A program made the translations under genes and the position numbers. Below, in pieces: positions 1-9,469 of a DNA stretch of 64,000 nt; the stretch's first letter is position 1; each line of letters opens with the position of its first letter. Below the pieces are notes generated by a model, which had not been told where the DNA came from, ran no database searches, and saw only the letters and a list, made by a program, of their open reading frames with translations. Source of the stretch: a bacterium (GTDB lineage: Bacteria > Patescibacteriota > Patescibacteriia > UBA1558 > GWA2-36-10); contig JABIAL010000037.1 of assembly GCA_018653315.1 (NCBI GenBank), positions 1,487 through 65,486 on the forward strand. Direction: 5' to 3'.

Positions 1-75
1 CGCTAAAACCAAATTAACCTTATACAAGGCTATAGCGCTAAAACCAATAAATGTAGACCAAATATATTTTTTCAT
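1..75 (-). CDS. 5' fragment of a secreted or pilin-like protein (runs off the window)
   Basis: ATG at 75; reads MKKYIWSTFIGFSAIALYKVNLVLA, a signal-peptide-like start directly downstream of the pilin-Ig gene. Confidence 0.55.
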   Translation of the reverse strand, partial: MKKYIWSTFIGFSAIALYKVNLVLA

Positions 76-108
76 TTGTTTTTACTTATATAAAATAATG
101 TATATTAT

Positions 109-1734
109 TTAAGGTGTTTCACAATGAATGCCTGGGCAATCAACACCTGATTGTGGCGGATTACATACACAAGAACCTAAAGCATCATAACACTTACATG
201 TATACCAACAATTTTGATAAGTATCTAAAATATTAGACGATAAGGTTGGCACATAATCAGTACTAGGCTTTAAAATATCGTGATGTATATTTATAGTATG
301 GGAAAGATCAGTTAGTTCTAGCCAATAATTAAGCTCTATGTCTGGATCCTCTACAAAATCAATGTTAGTTGTATTAACTGAAGAAGCTAGCAGTGATTCG
401 TCAAAAGCTATCTTAATCGAGGAACCAACAGGAAAATTGGCATGTAATGCATCCATTTTATTAATTATAGGAGGAGTCAAATGAATGTCATTGTTAGTTT
501 CAAAAGTCCAATCATAATCACCACCAGCCGTGCCATTATCATCACCATCAAGTTGATTATCGGCCATATCTTTGATGTCATCTGTCACAGTAGCTATCAA
601 TTTAGCGCTAGACGGTAAACAATACACATCACCACCGCAAGAATTTACCCCACATAAATCAGCAGGATCAATATCTGCGAGAAACTCAACTGTTCGATAC
701 TGATTGGATATCCTATATGTACCCTTAAGAATTTCTGCTGGTGCTGGTAATATTTTTTCTATATTAATATAAGTAAAATCTGGTAGCACATCATCATAAA
801 CACCAGCAGCAAACATTGGATTAATAGCTTCCGAAAAATTTATTTGTACTACCGAATTACGTGCATTATCTATACCGACTGGTATTACAGAAGTGACTGT
901 TGGTGGTGTAAGATCTATCTCATTACTAACAGTAAACTCCCAATCATAACCACTTGGACTAAAGGCAAACTCTCCGTCATCTTTTTCAATAGCTCCATCT
1001 AAAAATATTTGATACTCCGTACTACCATTTTCATTACCAAGATGATTAATAGTAGAGCCACCATAAGGGTTAAAGCCAAAAACTTTTTGCTCAACATCAA
1101 ATTCTACTGCTAAATCAGCATTAGTAAAAGGTGTACTAGTAGCTAACACTAAATTAGTAGGGTGTGCACAACGAGTAATTGGAGCAGTACAGCCAACATT
1201 CGTAGTTAAATGATCAATATTAATCGCTTCTTTAAAAGTAATATAAATATTAGTATTTCTAGCAATATCTGTAGCATTACGCCCCGGATAATGACTTTCT
1301 ATCACTCCGCCGCCTAAACCAATACCGCCATGATAACCACCTCCGCCATTATTAGCATTATGACCATTCGTAGCATTATAAACCGTAGTTAAAACAAAAC
1401 GAGCAATAGCATAAGACGCTAAGACAATCATTAAACCAATAACAGCATTAAGAAGAATTTTTTTAGCTCGATCCACTTCAGTAGCCGATCCTTTGGACAT
1501 CATCCAAACCCAACCACCATAGAGTATCAATAAAGTAGCTAGAATTCCTAGAAAACCCAAGGCAACATTAATAATTCTGGCAATAGTATCTTTCAAATTA
1601 TTTGTACCTAAACTTGTACTAGTAAGATCATCTATTCCAAAATTGTTGACTTGCGCCAATACAATATCAGGTAATAAAAAAATAACTGCTAAAAAAATGA
1701 TTAACAAAACAGTTATCTTCTTTGATTTAAGCAT
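109..1734 (-). CDS. VirB2/TrbC-like pilin domain fused to repeated Ig-like (Big_5-type) domains
   Basis: Signal peptide; two-TM pilin motif (IINVALGFLG..LYGGWVWMMSKG..AKKILLNAVIGL..SYAI); repeated D-TPP-V..P..N..I.I.F.E Ig-like units; Cys-rich C-terminus. Confidence 0.75.
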   Translation of the reverse strand: MLKSKKITVLLIIFLAVIFLLPDIVLAQVNNFGIDDLTSTSLGTNNLKDTIARIINVALGFLGILATLLILYGGWVWMMSKGSATEVDRAKKILLNAVIGLMIVLASYAIARFVLTTVYNATNGHNANNGGGGYHGGIGLGGGVIESHYPGRNATDIARNTNIYITFKEAINIDHLTTNVGCTAPITRCAHPTNLVLATSTPFTNADLAVEFDVEQKVFGFNPYGGSTINHLGNENGSTEYQIFLDGAIEKDDGEFAFSPSGYDWEFTVSNEIDLTPPTVTSVIPVGIDNARNSVVQINFSEAINPMFAAGVYDDVLPDFTYINIEKILPAPAEILKGTYRISNQYRTVEFLADIDPADLCGVNSCGGDVYCLPSSAKLIATVTDDIKDMADNQLDGDDNGTAGGDYDWTFETNNDIHLTPPIINKMDALHANFPVGSSIKIAFDESLLASSVNTTNIDFVEDPDIELNYWLELTDLSHTINIHHDILKPSTDYVPTLSSNILDTYQNCWYTCKCYDALGSCVCNPPQSGVDCPGIHCETP

Positions 1735-1761
1735 GGGATTTAAAAATTAAAAATGTTAAAT

Positions 1762-2199
1762 TTATTTATCTAATTTTTCTTTGACTAATTTTTGTACTAA
1801 CTGACCATCAGCTAAGCCTTTGGTTTGAGCCATCACTTCTTTCATTACTTGCCCAAAATTATTTGCTCCTGTCTCAATGACCTTAGTCACTATCTGACCT
1901 AATTCTTCTTCTAATAACATAGCTGGCATATAAACACTCAAAATATCTGCTTCTGCTTGTTCATTTTGTGCCAATTCATCACGTCCAGCTTGAGTAAAAG
2001 CAGTAATAGAATCTTGTCTTTTCTTTAATTCTTTGCGAATCAAAACAATAATATCTTGATCTGATAATTCTTTGACTTTGTCTGCTATTAATTGATTTTG
2101 CACAGCACTTTTGAGCATCCTCAAAACAGAAACCTTTAATTGTTCCTTATTTTTAAGCGCTTGAATTAAATCTTGTTCAATGTTTTTCCACAATGACAT
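1762..2199 (-). CDS. yqeY: GatB/YqeY domain protein
   Basis: LRMLKSA..KKRQDSI..F..AGRDELA..E..E..IL..YMP motif; follows rpsU as is typical. Confidence 0.9.
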   Translation of the reverse strand: MSLWKNIEQDLIQALKNKEQLKVSVLRMLKSAVQNQLIADKVKELSDQDIIVLIRKELKKRQDSITAFTQAGRDELAQNEQAEADILSVYMPAMLLEEELGQIVTKVIETGANNFGQVMKEVMAQTKGLADGQLVQKLVKEKLDK

Positions 2200-2279
2200 G
2201 GGCTTATGGATAGAGAATAATCATTACTAACTTGCCAAACTTTCATACACTTGTACAAAAGATTAGCAAAAACTAAGGA

Positions 2280-2519
2280 TTATTTGTAACGACGATTAAA
2301 GAAATCATCTAGTTTACCAACTTTTTTCAAATAGTCTATCTTACCAGTCATTTCAATACGTCTTAAAGCACTTTCTCTTTGCCCTTTAGTAGACTTATCT
2401 TTACTATAAAATCTAACTTTTTTAGCCTGTAAAATACGGCCACTTTGGATAGTTTTTTTAGTGAAACGGCGAATCAAACTTTCAAAAGATTCATTGTCCT
2501 TTTTCTTCACTTCCAACAT
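2280..2519 (-). CDS. rpsU: 30S ribosomal protein bS21
   Basis: EVKKKDNESFESLIRRFTKK N-terminus; small and basic; upstream of yqeY. Confidence 0.85.
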   Translation of the reverse strand: MLEVKKKDNESFESLIRRFTKKTIQSGRILQAKKVRFYSKDKSTKGQRESALRRIEMTGKIDYLKKVGKLDDFFNRRYK

Positions 2520-2620
2520 GCTTTTACCTCTCTTTCTAAAATTATTATTTTATTGATATTTAAAATATGTTTAACAACATATTCTTACTATTATAATGAC
2601 AAAATTTTCAACAAAAGTCA

Positions 2621-2651
2621 ATCCCCCACTTTTATTCAAAAAGTGGGGGAT
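2621..2651. repeat. 13-bp inverted repeat hairpin (possible terminator or REP-like element)
   Basis: atcccccactttt (2621-2633) / aaaagtgggggat (2639-2651). Confidence 0.7.
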
Positions 2652-2656
2652 ATTTT

Positions 2657-2723
2657 ACCCAGCACTACTTTTAATTCTCATCGATAATCTCATAAACTTT
2701 TTTAGAGAAAAGTAGTGCTGGGT
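2657..2723. repeat. 16-bp perfect inverted repeat with 35-nt spacer (miniature element-like)
   Basis: acccagcactactttt (2657-2672) / aaaagtagtgctgggt (2708-2723). Confidence 0.75.
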
Positions 2724-2745
2724 TTATTCATACTATATAAAAAAA

Positions 2746-4083
2746 TTATACTTTTTTGGTGGTTTTTATTTTCAAAGATTTATCATTCATTTTACTGGCC
2801 AATCTTTTATGAACTTCTTTAACCACTTTTTTATGATCAACTGTTTCCTGCACACCGCTCTCCATGTCTCTGATTAAAATAGTGCCATCCACAAGCTCCT
2901 TTTGTCCTAAAATCAAAACATAACGAGCATTTTTTTTATTTGCCAATTCCAATTGATCTTTCAAACCATTTTTAGAAAAATCTTCAGACACTGTCAATCC
3001 TCCTTGGCGTAAATCCATAAATAATTTTAGACTCTTGCGTCGAGCTTCTATTCCTAGTTGAGCTAAATAAACATCTGGTCGCCAAACTTCTGGCAAAACA
3101 ACTTCTTTTTCTTTTATCTTGTTTATTATTCGCTCCATGCCCATGGCAAAACCAATCGCTGGAGTCTCGCGACCTCCTAATAATTTTACTAATTCATCAT
3201 AACGACCGCCGCCGCCTAAAGCTTGCAATTTTCCATCTTGATTGCTTTCAACAATCTCCCAAGTCGTTCTAGTATAATAATCTAAACCACGAACAATTTT
3301 TGGATTAAGATTATACTTTACTTCAGCTTCATCTAAATATTCTAAAACAGTAGTAAAATGTTTATTACAATCTTCACATAGATAATCTACCATCTGCGGT
3401 GCCTCCTCAGCTAATTCTTGACAACCTTTAACCTTACAATCTAAAAGACGTAATGGATTTTTAAGTAATCGCTTAGTGCAATCAACACATAAATCTTTTT
3501 TCTTATTCTTGTAATACTGAGTCAAAGCTTTAAAATATTTTGGTCGACAATGTTTATCACCAATACTATTGATCTGTACCTCGATATCTAAGCCTAAATC
3601 TCGCAAAATATTATAATTCATGGCTATTATTTGAGCATCGACAATAGGATCAGCATCACCAACAGCCTCAAAACCAAATTGCCAAAATTGTCGATAACGT
3701 CCAGCTTGTGGCTTATCATGACGAAACTGAGGTCCAATATAAAACATTTTAACTGGCTGTGGCTGGTTAAGCATGCCGTGCTCTATATAAGCACGAATAA
3801 CTCCCGGTGTACCTTCTGGCCTCAAGGATAAACGATCTCCACTTTGATCGACAAAAGAATACATTTCCTTAGATACAATATCTGTTTCTTCTCCAGTGGC
3901 TTTTTTAAATAATTGTGTAAACTCTACAATCGGCGTATCAATACGCATAAAACCATAGTCACGAGCAACTGATTCTACTCTACTCCTAACAAAATCCCAA
4001 ATATGTTGCTCTGTTGGCAAAATATCTTTCATTCCTTTTACTAATCTAATGCTAGTTTTAGCTGTTTTTTTCTTTGGTGACAT
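2746..4083 (-). CDS. hisS: Histidyl-tRNA synthetase
   Basis: KGMKD, LRPEGT, GRYRQF, VRGLDYY and GGGRYD motifs. Confidence 0.97.
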   Translation of the reverse strand: MSPKKKTAKTSIRLVKGMKDILPTEQHIWDFVRSRVESVARDYGFMRIDTPIVEFTQLFKKATGEETDIVSKEMYSFVDQSGDRLSLRPEGTPGVIRAYIEHGMLNQPQPVKMFYIGPQFRHDKPQAGRYRQFWQFGFEAVGDADPIVDAQIIAMNYNILRDLGLDIEVQINSIGDKHCRPKYFKALTQYYKNKKKDLCVDCTKRLLKNPLRLLDCKVKGCQELAEEAPQMVDYLCEDCNKHFTTVLEYLDEAEVKYNLNPKIVRGLDYYTRTTWEIVESNQDGKLQALGGGGRYDELVKLLGGRETPAIGFAMGMERIINKIKEKEVVLPEVWRPDVYLAQLGIEARRKSLKLFMDLRQGGLTVSEDFSKNGLKDQLELANKKNARYVLILGQKELVDGTILIRDMESGVQETVDHKKVVKEVHKRLASKMNDKSLKIKTTKKV

Positions 4084-4131
4084 AATATTTCAATTACAAT
4101 TTATTATTTAACAGTGAGGATTTGGAAATAT

Positions 4132-4788
4132 CTAGTATGTTGGTCTATTAAAAGTTGATGCTCTATCAATGGGCCAACCTCTAAACCAAACCTTACCAAT
4201 GATATATTTTTTATCCAATGGACCAAATGATCTAGAATCTCGACTAACCATACGATTATCCCCTAAAACAACATATTCATCTGCTTCTAAATTTACTGAC
4301 GATAAATTTTTAATTGATAAATTTTCTATATACTCATCCTCTGCTAATTCATTACCATCAATTGAAACAATTCCAGAGACAATCTCTACGCTTTCGCCCG
4401 GCAAACCAATCACTCGTTTAATATAATATTGATTAGTTCTATCTGGATTTCGAAAAACTACTACATCACCTCTTTGTGGTTCATTGAAACGATAAGATAT
4501 TTCGTCAATAATCAAATATTCTTTATTATAAAAATTTGGTTCCATGGAAGCACCTTCTACATAAAAAGGTTGAATCAAAAACATACGAACCGGTAAAATA
4601 ATAGCCAAGGAAATCAATACTACTTTAACTACCTCAAAAACCAATAAACCAAACTTTTTTGCCCAAACTAACAAAGTATTTTCTTGTTCATGAGCAAAAC
4701 GATTAATATTTAAATCTTGAGACTCCACTTCTTTAATACTATCTAACTCTTCTGCCTTTTTTTCTTTTGATTTTATTTTTTGGTTCAT
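4132..4788 (-). CDS. lepB: Signal peptidase I
   Basis: GASMEP (Ser), YIKRVIGLPG (Lys), GDNR..SRDSR.FG. Confidence 0.96.
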   Translation of the reverse strand: MNQKIKSKEKKAEELDSIKEVESQDLNINRFAHEQENTLLVWAKKFGLLVFEVVKVVLISLAIILPVRMFLIQPFYVEGASMEPNFYNKEYLIIDEISYRFNEPQRGDVVVFRNPDRTNQYYIKRVIGLPGESVEIVSGIVSIDGNELAEDEYIENLSIKNLSSVNLEADEYVVLGDNRMVSRDSRSFGPLDKKYIIGKVWFRGWPIDRASTFNRPTY

Positions 4789-4914
4789 ATCTATAATAAA
4801 TTCTGATTAAACAAAATTATTATACACAAAGGACAGACTAAAAGCAAACGTTTTTAAGCTAATAAACAAGCCTTTAGAGCTTATTTAAGTAAAATAGTCA
4901 AATTGTCAATAGGA

Positions 4915-4943
4915 TTGACTTTTAAGCTTTTTATTAGTATAAT
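4915..4943 (+). promoter_or_regulatory. sigma70 promoter for LCP-der
   Basis: TTGACT-N17-TATAAT. Confidence 0.7.
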
Positions 4944-4985
4944 GCAATTACTTTAAATAGTAAAATAATAGAAAAAAGTGCCGAT

Positions 4986-6572
4986 ATGGGCTCTCCTGAC
5001 TTTACAAAACGTACAATTAATTTTTTAGAAGATGAGTCACGGCCAGATAAACAGAGTGCGGGGTTTACTGAATCTAAGCGAGCTAAAAAATCTAGACCAG
5101 TTCAAGATAATAGCATTGCAAGACGTCCGTCTTATAAAAAACCAAAACGCAACAAAAGGAAGAAATTTTCCTATTTTTTTATATTCTTGATAATAATACT
5201 AAGTTTATCAGGAAAAATATTAAGTGCTGGTAATGATGGTTTTTTATCTGGTATTAAACATAGTTATTTACTAAGGCAAATTGTAAATATCATTGCTCCG
5301 AGTGAAAAATATCTAAATGGTGAGCAAGAAGATAGAATAAACTTTCTCCTCTTAGGCATGGGTGGCGCTGGACATAATGGCCCATACTTAACAGATACGA
5401 TTATGTTGGCCAGTTTTAAGCCATCCACTAAACAAGCATCAGTCATCTCTATTCCTCGTGATATGATCGTGCCGATCGATTCACACAACTATCGTAAAAT
5501 AAATAGCGTTTATACTATTGGCAAAAATAACGGTCAAGGTGGCGGAGAATTTACAAAACAAGTTGTTTCAGAAACACTAGGTGTACCAATACATTATTTT
5601 GTAGCTGTTGATTTTGCTGGCTTTATAGAAATTATTAATGCTATTGATGGTGTAAAAGTAACCGTTGATCGTAGTTTTGTTGATAAACAATTTCCAACCG
5701 CGGATTATAAATACCAAGAGGTTTCATTCACTACTGGGGAACAAAAAATGGATGGCCTAACAGCTTTAAGATTTGCTCGTTCTCGACATGGTAATAATGG
5801 TGAAGGATCAGATTTTGCTCGTAGCAAAAGACAACAAAAAATACTAGCTGCTGTTAAAGATAAAATCACATCTTTTAACACTCTGATTAATCCGAAAAAA
5901 ATTACTAGTCTTTTTTCCATTGTTAATCAATACACTCAAACAGATATGGAACCATGGGAGGCTGTTAAATTAGTACATATGGTCAAAGGTCTAGATAGTC
6001 AAAAAATAGACATTCAATCGATTGACAATAGACCAGGAGGATTCTTGAAAGCTGGCATTTCTCTAGCTGGAGCTTATATTTTACAACCAGTCACCGGTAA
6101 TTTTGAACAAATACAACAACTAGCCAATAACATATTTGATATCAGTGAAGTTAGTAACGAAGACGCTAATATCGTTATCCAAAATGGTACTGATGTCCCT
6201 GGGTTAGCTTTAAAAGCGGTAAATTATCTTAGCTATATGAACTATCAAGTTTTACGCTATGGCAATGCTGCTGAACAAGATAAAACACAAACAATTATTT
6301 ACGATTATACAAAACAAAAACCAAAAACCAAAAAAACATTGGAATCTATTTTTTCCGTCAAAGTACTAGACAATCCACCGATAGAATACTCAAGCAGTGC
6401 TGTTACTACAAATTGGGATATTCGTAATGAAAATAACGAATTAGCTCAATTAGACTTTTTGATAATCCTGGGTTCCGATCAGTCAATTGATGAAAACATA
6501 GAAATTATCACGACTATTGACCCAGCTCTACTTAATACTTCCACCCCTACCACAACTGACAAAGAAATTTAA
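4986..6572 (+). CDS. LCP (LytR-CpsA-Psr) family protein with LytR C-terminal domain
   Basis: TM helix; TDTIM, SIPRD, ARSRH, DFARSKRQQ; C-terminal QNGT..GLA. Confidence 0.92.
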   Translation: MGSPDFTKRTINFLEDESRPDKQSAGFTESKRAKKSRPVQDNSIARRPSYKKPKRNKRKKFSYFFIFLIIILSLSGKILSAGNDGFLSGIKHSYLLRQIVNIIAPSEKYLNGEQEDRINFLLLGMGGAGHNGPYLTDTIMLASFKPSTKQASVISIPRDMIVPIDSHNYRKINSVYTIGKNNGQGGGEFTKQVVSETLGVPIHYFVAVDFAGFIEIINAIDGVKVTVDRSFVDKQFPTADYKYQEVSFTTGEQKMDGLTALRFARSRHGNNGEGSDFARSKRQQKILAAVKDKITSFNTLINPKKITSLFSIVNQYTQTDMEPWEAVKLVHMVKGLDSQKIDIQSIDNRPGGFLKAGISLAGAYILQPVTGNFEQIQQLANNIFDISEVSNEDANIVIQNGTDVPGLALKAVNYLSYMNYQVLRYGNAAEQDKTQTIIYDYTKQKPKTKKTLESIFSVKVLDNPPIEYSSSAVTTNWDIRNENNELAQLDFLIILGSDQSIDENIEIITTIDPALLNTSTPTTTDKEI

Positions 6573-6581
6573 TAAAAATAT

Positions 6582-7937
6582 ATGCCGAAACTTTATAAAG
6601 TCGCTATTGTGGGCAGAGTAAATGTTGGAAAATCCACTCTCTTCAACAAACTGATTTCTCAACCAAAAGCCATCACATCCCGCGTAGCTGGCACAACTCG
6701 TGACCGTAATTACGCTATTTGTTCTTGGAATAGCTTAGATTTTGATTTGATTGATACTGGTGGCTTAGATGATGTCAAAGACCAAATAGACCAAGATATC
6801 AACGATCAAATAGAAGTTGCTCTAAAAGAATCTGATTTGGTTTTATTTGTAGTGGACTCTAAAACTGGAATCTTACCAACTGATCGAGAGTTACTAAAAA
6901 TTATCAAAAAACATAAAAAACCAATTATTTTAATAGCAAACAAAGCTGATAATAACCGATTACGTAATCAAACAGCAGAATTTTATAAACTGAATATTGG
7001 CGAACCATCTATTGTTTCAGCTGCTAATGGCGTGGGTACCGGTGACCTATTAGATAGATTAGTCAAAACACTAAAAAATTTAAAAAAATCTAGCCGCGGA
7101 CACGTCCAAACTGAGGATGACAAAATTATCAAAGTAGCTATAGTTGGTCAACCAAACGTTGGTAAATCATCATTAATCAATGCTTTGTTAGGCGAAGAAA
7201 GAGTAATTGTTTCCCCTGTTCCTCATACTACTAGAGACTCTCAAGATATTAGCATCAGTTACCATAAACAAAAAATAACTTTTATCGATACTGCCGGCAT
7301 TAGACGTCGTAGCAGACGAGCCATTAATCCTTTTGAAAAACAAAGCGTTGCTCAAAGCATGGAAAGCATTGATCGATCTGACATTGCTTTATTCATGATG
7401 GATGTAAATCAAAAATTAACATTCCAAGACAAACGTTTAGCTAATGAATTGGAAGAAGCTGGTGTTGGCGTGATTATCATAGCCAACAAATGGGATCAAG
7501 TACCAGAAAAAGATTCGGATACTGCTCAAAAATATCATGATTATTATTTTGCGCATCTCAAATTTTTAAGATGGGCTAAACTTTTATTTACCTCTACTAC
7601 TGATAAAACAAATTTACACAAAATTATTCCAATGATTATTGATGTTTATAAAGAAAAAAATAGAGTAATAGATGAAAATGCTTTAGATAAATTATTAAAA
7701 AAATTAGTCAAAAGACATAAGCCTGCTCGTGGTAAAGGAACTAAACATCCTTATATTTATTCTTTGAAACAAGTAAAAACCAACCCACCAATATTTGTAG
7801 TCAAGGTAGATTTTAAGGCTATCATGCATTTGTCTTATATTAATTTTATAGAAAATAGTTTACGTTATAAATTTGGTTTTGAAGGTGTGCCAATCAAAAT
7901 ACATCAAGAAAAATCACAAAATATGTTGGACAAATAA
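6582..7937 (+). CDS. der: Ribosome biogenesis GTPase Der (EngA)
   Basis: Two G domains (GRVNVGKS/DTGG/NKAD and GQPNVGKS/DTAG/NKWD) plus KH-like C-terminus. Confidence 0.96.
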   Translation: MPKLYKVAIVGRVNVGKSTLFNKLISQPKAITSRVAGTTRDRNYAICSWNSLDFDLIDTGGLDDVKDQIDQDINDQIEVALKESDLVLFVVDSKTGILPTDRELLKIIKKHKKPIILIANKADNNRLRNQTAEFYKLNIGEPSIVSAANGVGTGDLLDRLVKTLKNLKKSSRGHVQTEDDKIIKVAIVGQPNVGKSSLINALLGEERVIVSPVPHTTRDSQDISISYHKQKITFIDTAGIRRRSRRAINPFEKQSVAQSMESIDRSDIALFMMDVNQKLTFQDKRLANELEEAGVGVIIIANKWDQVPEKDSDTAQKYHDYYFAHLKFLRWAKLLFTSTTDKTNLHKIIPMIIDVYKEKNRVIDENALDKLLKKLVKRHKPARGKGTKHPYIYSLKQVKTNPPIFVVKVDFKAIMHLSYINFIENSLRYKFGFEGVPIKIHQEKSQNMLDK

Positions 7938-7964
7938 AAAAGGCCCACTCTCAAAGAGGGACCT
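7936..7964 (-). terminator. Intrinsic terminator of orphan 8000-8560
   Basis: Minus strand aggtccctct-ttg-agagtgggcc followed by a T-tract. Confidence 0.6.
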
Positions 7965-7999
7965 CTAGAAATTGTTGCTTACAGAATGAAAACCATTGC

Positions 8000-8560
8000 T
8001 TACAGAATAGAAATTGAATCTAAAGGCAAGTAAATCTGTTGAGCAAAAGTAAATAGCGCAAACTGCTTAAGAAAGGTAAGATCAATCTCCAACTCCGAAA
8101 GTCCATCGAGGCTATCCGAATGACAGTAGCCCTGAATGTTTCCATCAACAGAGGTTTCCAAAAAACCAGCTTGCAGCAACATCATGATGTATGAGAGAGA
8201 GTCTAACACTCCTTGCTCTTCCTGAAAGACTAACCTCACACTGAAATTGTACTCTACAGCAAAATGCAACAAGGTAAAGACTTGATGTACGCCTGTACCT
8301 GTGAACTCTTCCACTAAGCTAACTTGTCTTAGCCACTTAGCAATATCTTGAGATACTGGATATTGGGTACACAGACCTGTTTGCAAAAAAATACCTAGCT
8401 CTTTAGCCGATAAATTATGCATCTTGTCAGCTTCTTCCTGATCAATCAACAGAACGATATTATCTGCTTGTGCTCTTAAACACCGCCAGCAAATACCCAT
8501 GTGCATCTTTTCATGTATAGAACACGCATCATCTGTCCATAAATGACTCATTAACTTCAT
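8000..8560 (-). CDS. Orphan hypothetical protein (186 aa)
   Basis: AGGAG SD; own promoter and terminator; N-terminal C..H....C..C cluster; no family recognised. Confidence 0.7.
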   Translation of the reverse strand: MKLMSHLWTDDACSIHEKMHMGICWRCLRAQADNIVLLIDQEEADKMHNLSAKELGIFLQTGLCTQYPVSQDIAKWLRQVSLVEEFTGTGVHQVFTLLHFAVEYNFSVRLVFQEEQGVLDSLSYIMMLLQAGFLETSVDGNIQGYCHSDSLDGLSELEIDLTFLKQFALFTFAQQIYLPLDSISIL

Positions 8561-8587
8561 TTCTGACTCCTATTTTTTAACAGTATA

Positions 8588-8638
8588 ACAAAGGACTAAA
8601 CAATATAGCTTTATACCATATATAATAAAAAATGTCAA
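8588..8638 (-). promoter_or_regulatory. sigma70 promoter plus boxA-like motif
   Basis: TTGACA(8638-8633)-N17-TATAAA with TG extension; GTCCTTTGT begins 13 nt downstream of the -10 box. Confidence 0.65.
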
Positions 8639-8654
8639 TAGTATAAAAAAACAT

Positions 8655-9209
8655 ATGAAATTAATCATTGGCTTAGGAAATCCAGAAGAAAAATATCAAT
8701 GGACCCGTCATAATTTTGGCTGGCTAACTTTGGATAATTTAACTCGCAAACATGAACTCAAATGGCGGAAGCATAAAATCAGTCAAGCCGATGTTGCTGA
8801 ATTACAAATTGGCAAAGAAAAAATAATTCTGGCCAAGCCACTAACTTTTATGAATAATTCTGGCCTAGCAGTCATAGCTTTAAAACAATTTTACAAAATA
8901 TCCGTTAAAGACATCATTGTGGTTTATGATGAGTTAGCTTTGGACTTTGGGCAAATGAGAATTTCACAAAATAAATCAGCTGGCGGACACAATGGCGTTC
9001 AATCTATTATCCAAAATATTAAATCAAAAGAATTTATTCGCTTACGTCTTGGTATTGGTCCACAAATGGGCGTAGCTGAAAAATTTGTTTTACATAGATT
9101 TTCAAGCGAAGAAAAAAAGAAACTTCCAGAAATAATAGATACTACTTATTTAGCCTTGGAAACCATCCTTAAAGAAGGTGTGGATAAAGCTGCTAATAAA
9201 TATAACTAA
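8655..9209 (+). CDS. pth: Peptidyl-tRNA hydrolase
   Basis: GLGNP..Y..TRHNFG, KPLTFMNNSG, GGHNG, RLRLGIG. Confidence 0.97.
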   Translation: MKLIIGLGNPEEKYQWTRHNFGWLTLDNLTRKHELKWRKHKISQADVAELQIGKEKIILAKPLTFMNNSGLAVIALKQFYKISVKDIIVVYDELALDFGQMRISQNKSAGGHNGVQSIIQNIKSKEFIRLRLGIGPQMGVAEKFVLHRFSSEEKKKLPEIIDTTYLALETILKEGVDKAANKYN

Positions 9210-9239
9210 AAAAAGAGCCCCGATTAAAGCATCGGGGCT
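9208..9239 (-). terminator. Intrinsic terminator
   Basis: agccccgat-taaagc-atcggggct with adjacent A-tract on the plus strand. Confidence 0.8.
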
Positions 9240-9379
9240 ACACGAGTAGCCAATTAGCATTTTGAGTGTTGAACATTAAACCGACAGCACGAAAAAAAGT
9301 GGAAAGAATCAATCAAAACGAATCAAAGTGAATGAGCTAATGACTACCTATCATCAAAACAACAGAAGGAACGGCAATG
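9208..9379 (-). ncRNA. Candidate ~170-nt small RNA
   Basis: Promoter TTGCGG-N17-TAAGGT (9413-9385); 12-bp stem (9336-9347 with 9246-9258) closing a U-rich loop; 9-bp terminator hairpin 9216-9239 plus U-tract; no credible ORF. Confidence 0.5.
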
Positions 9380-9469
9380 TATTTACCTTAGCATAAAAAT
9401 AATTAATCCGCAATACTTCTACAAATAGCTATTTTTAGCTATTTTTATTTACAATAAAAATTTAACAAA

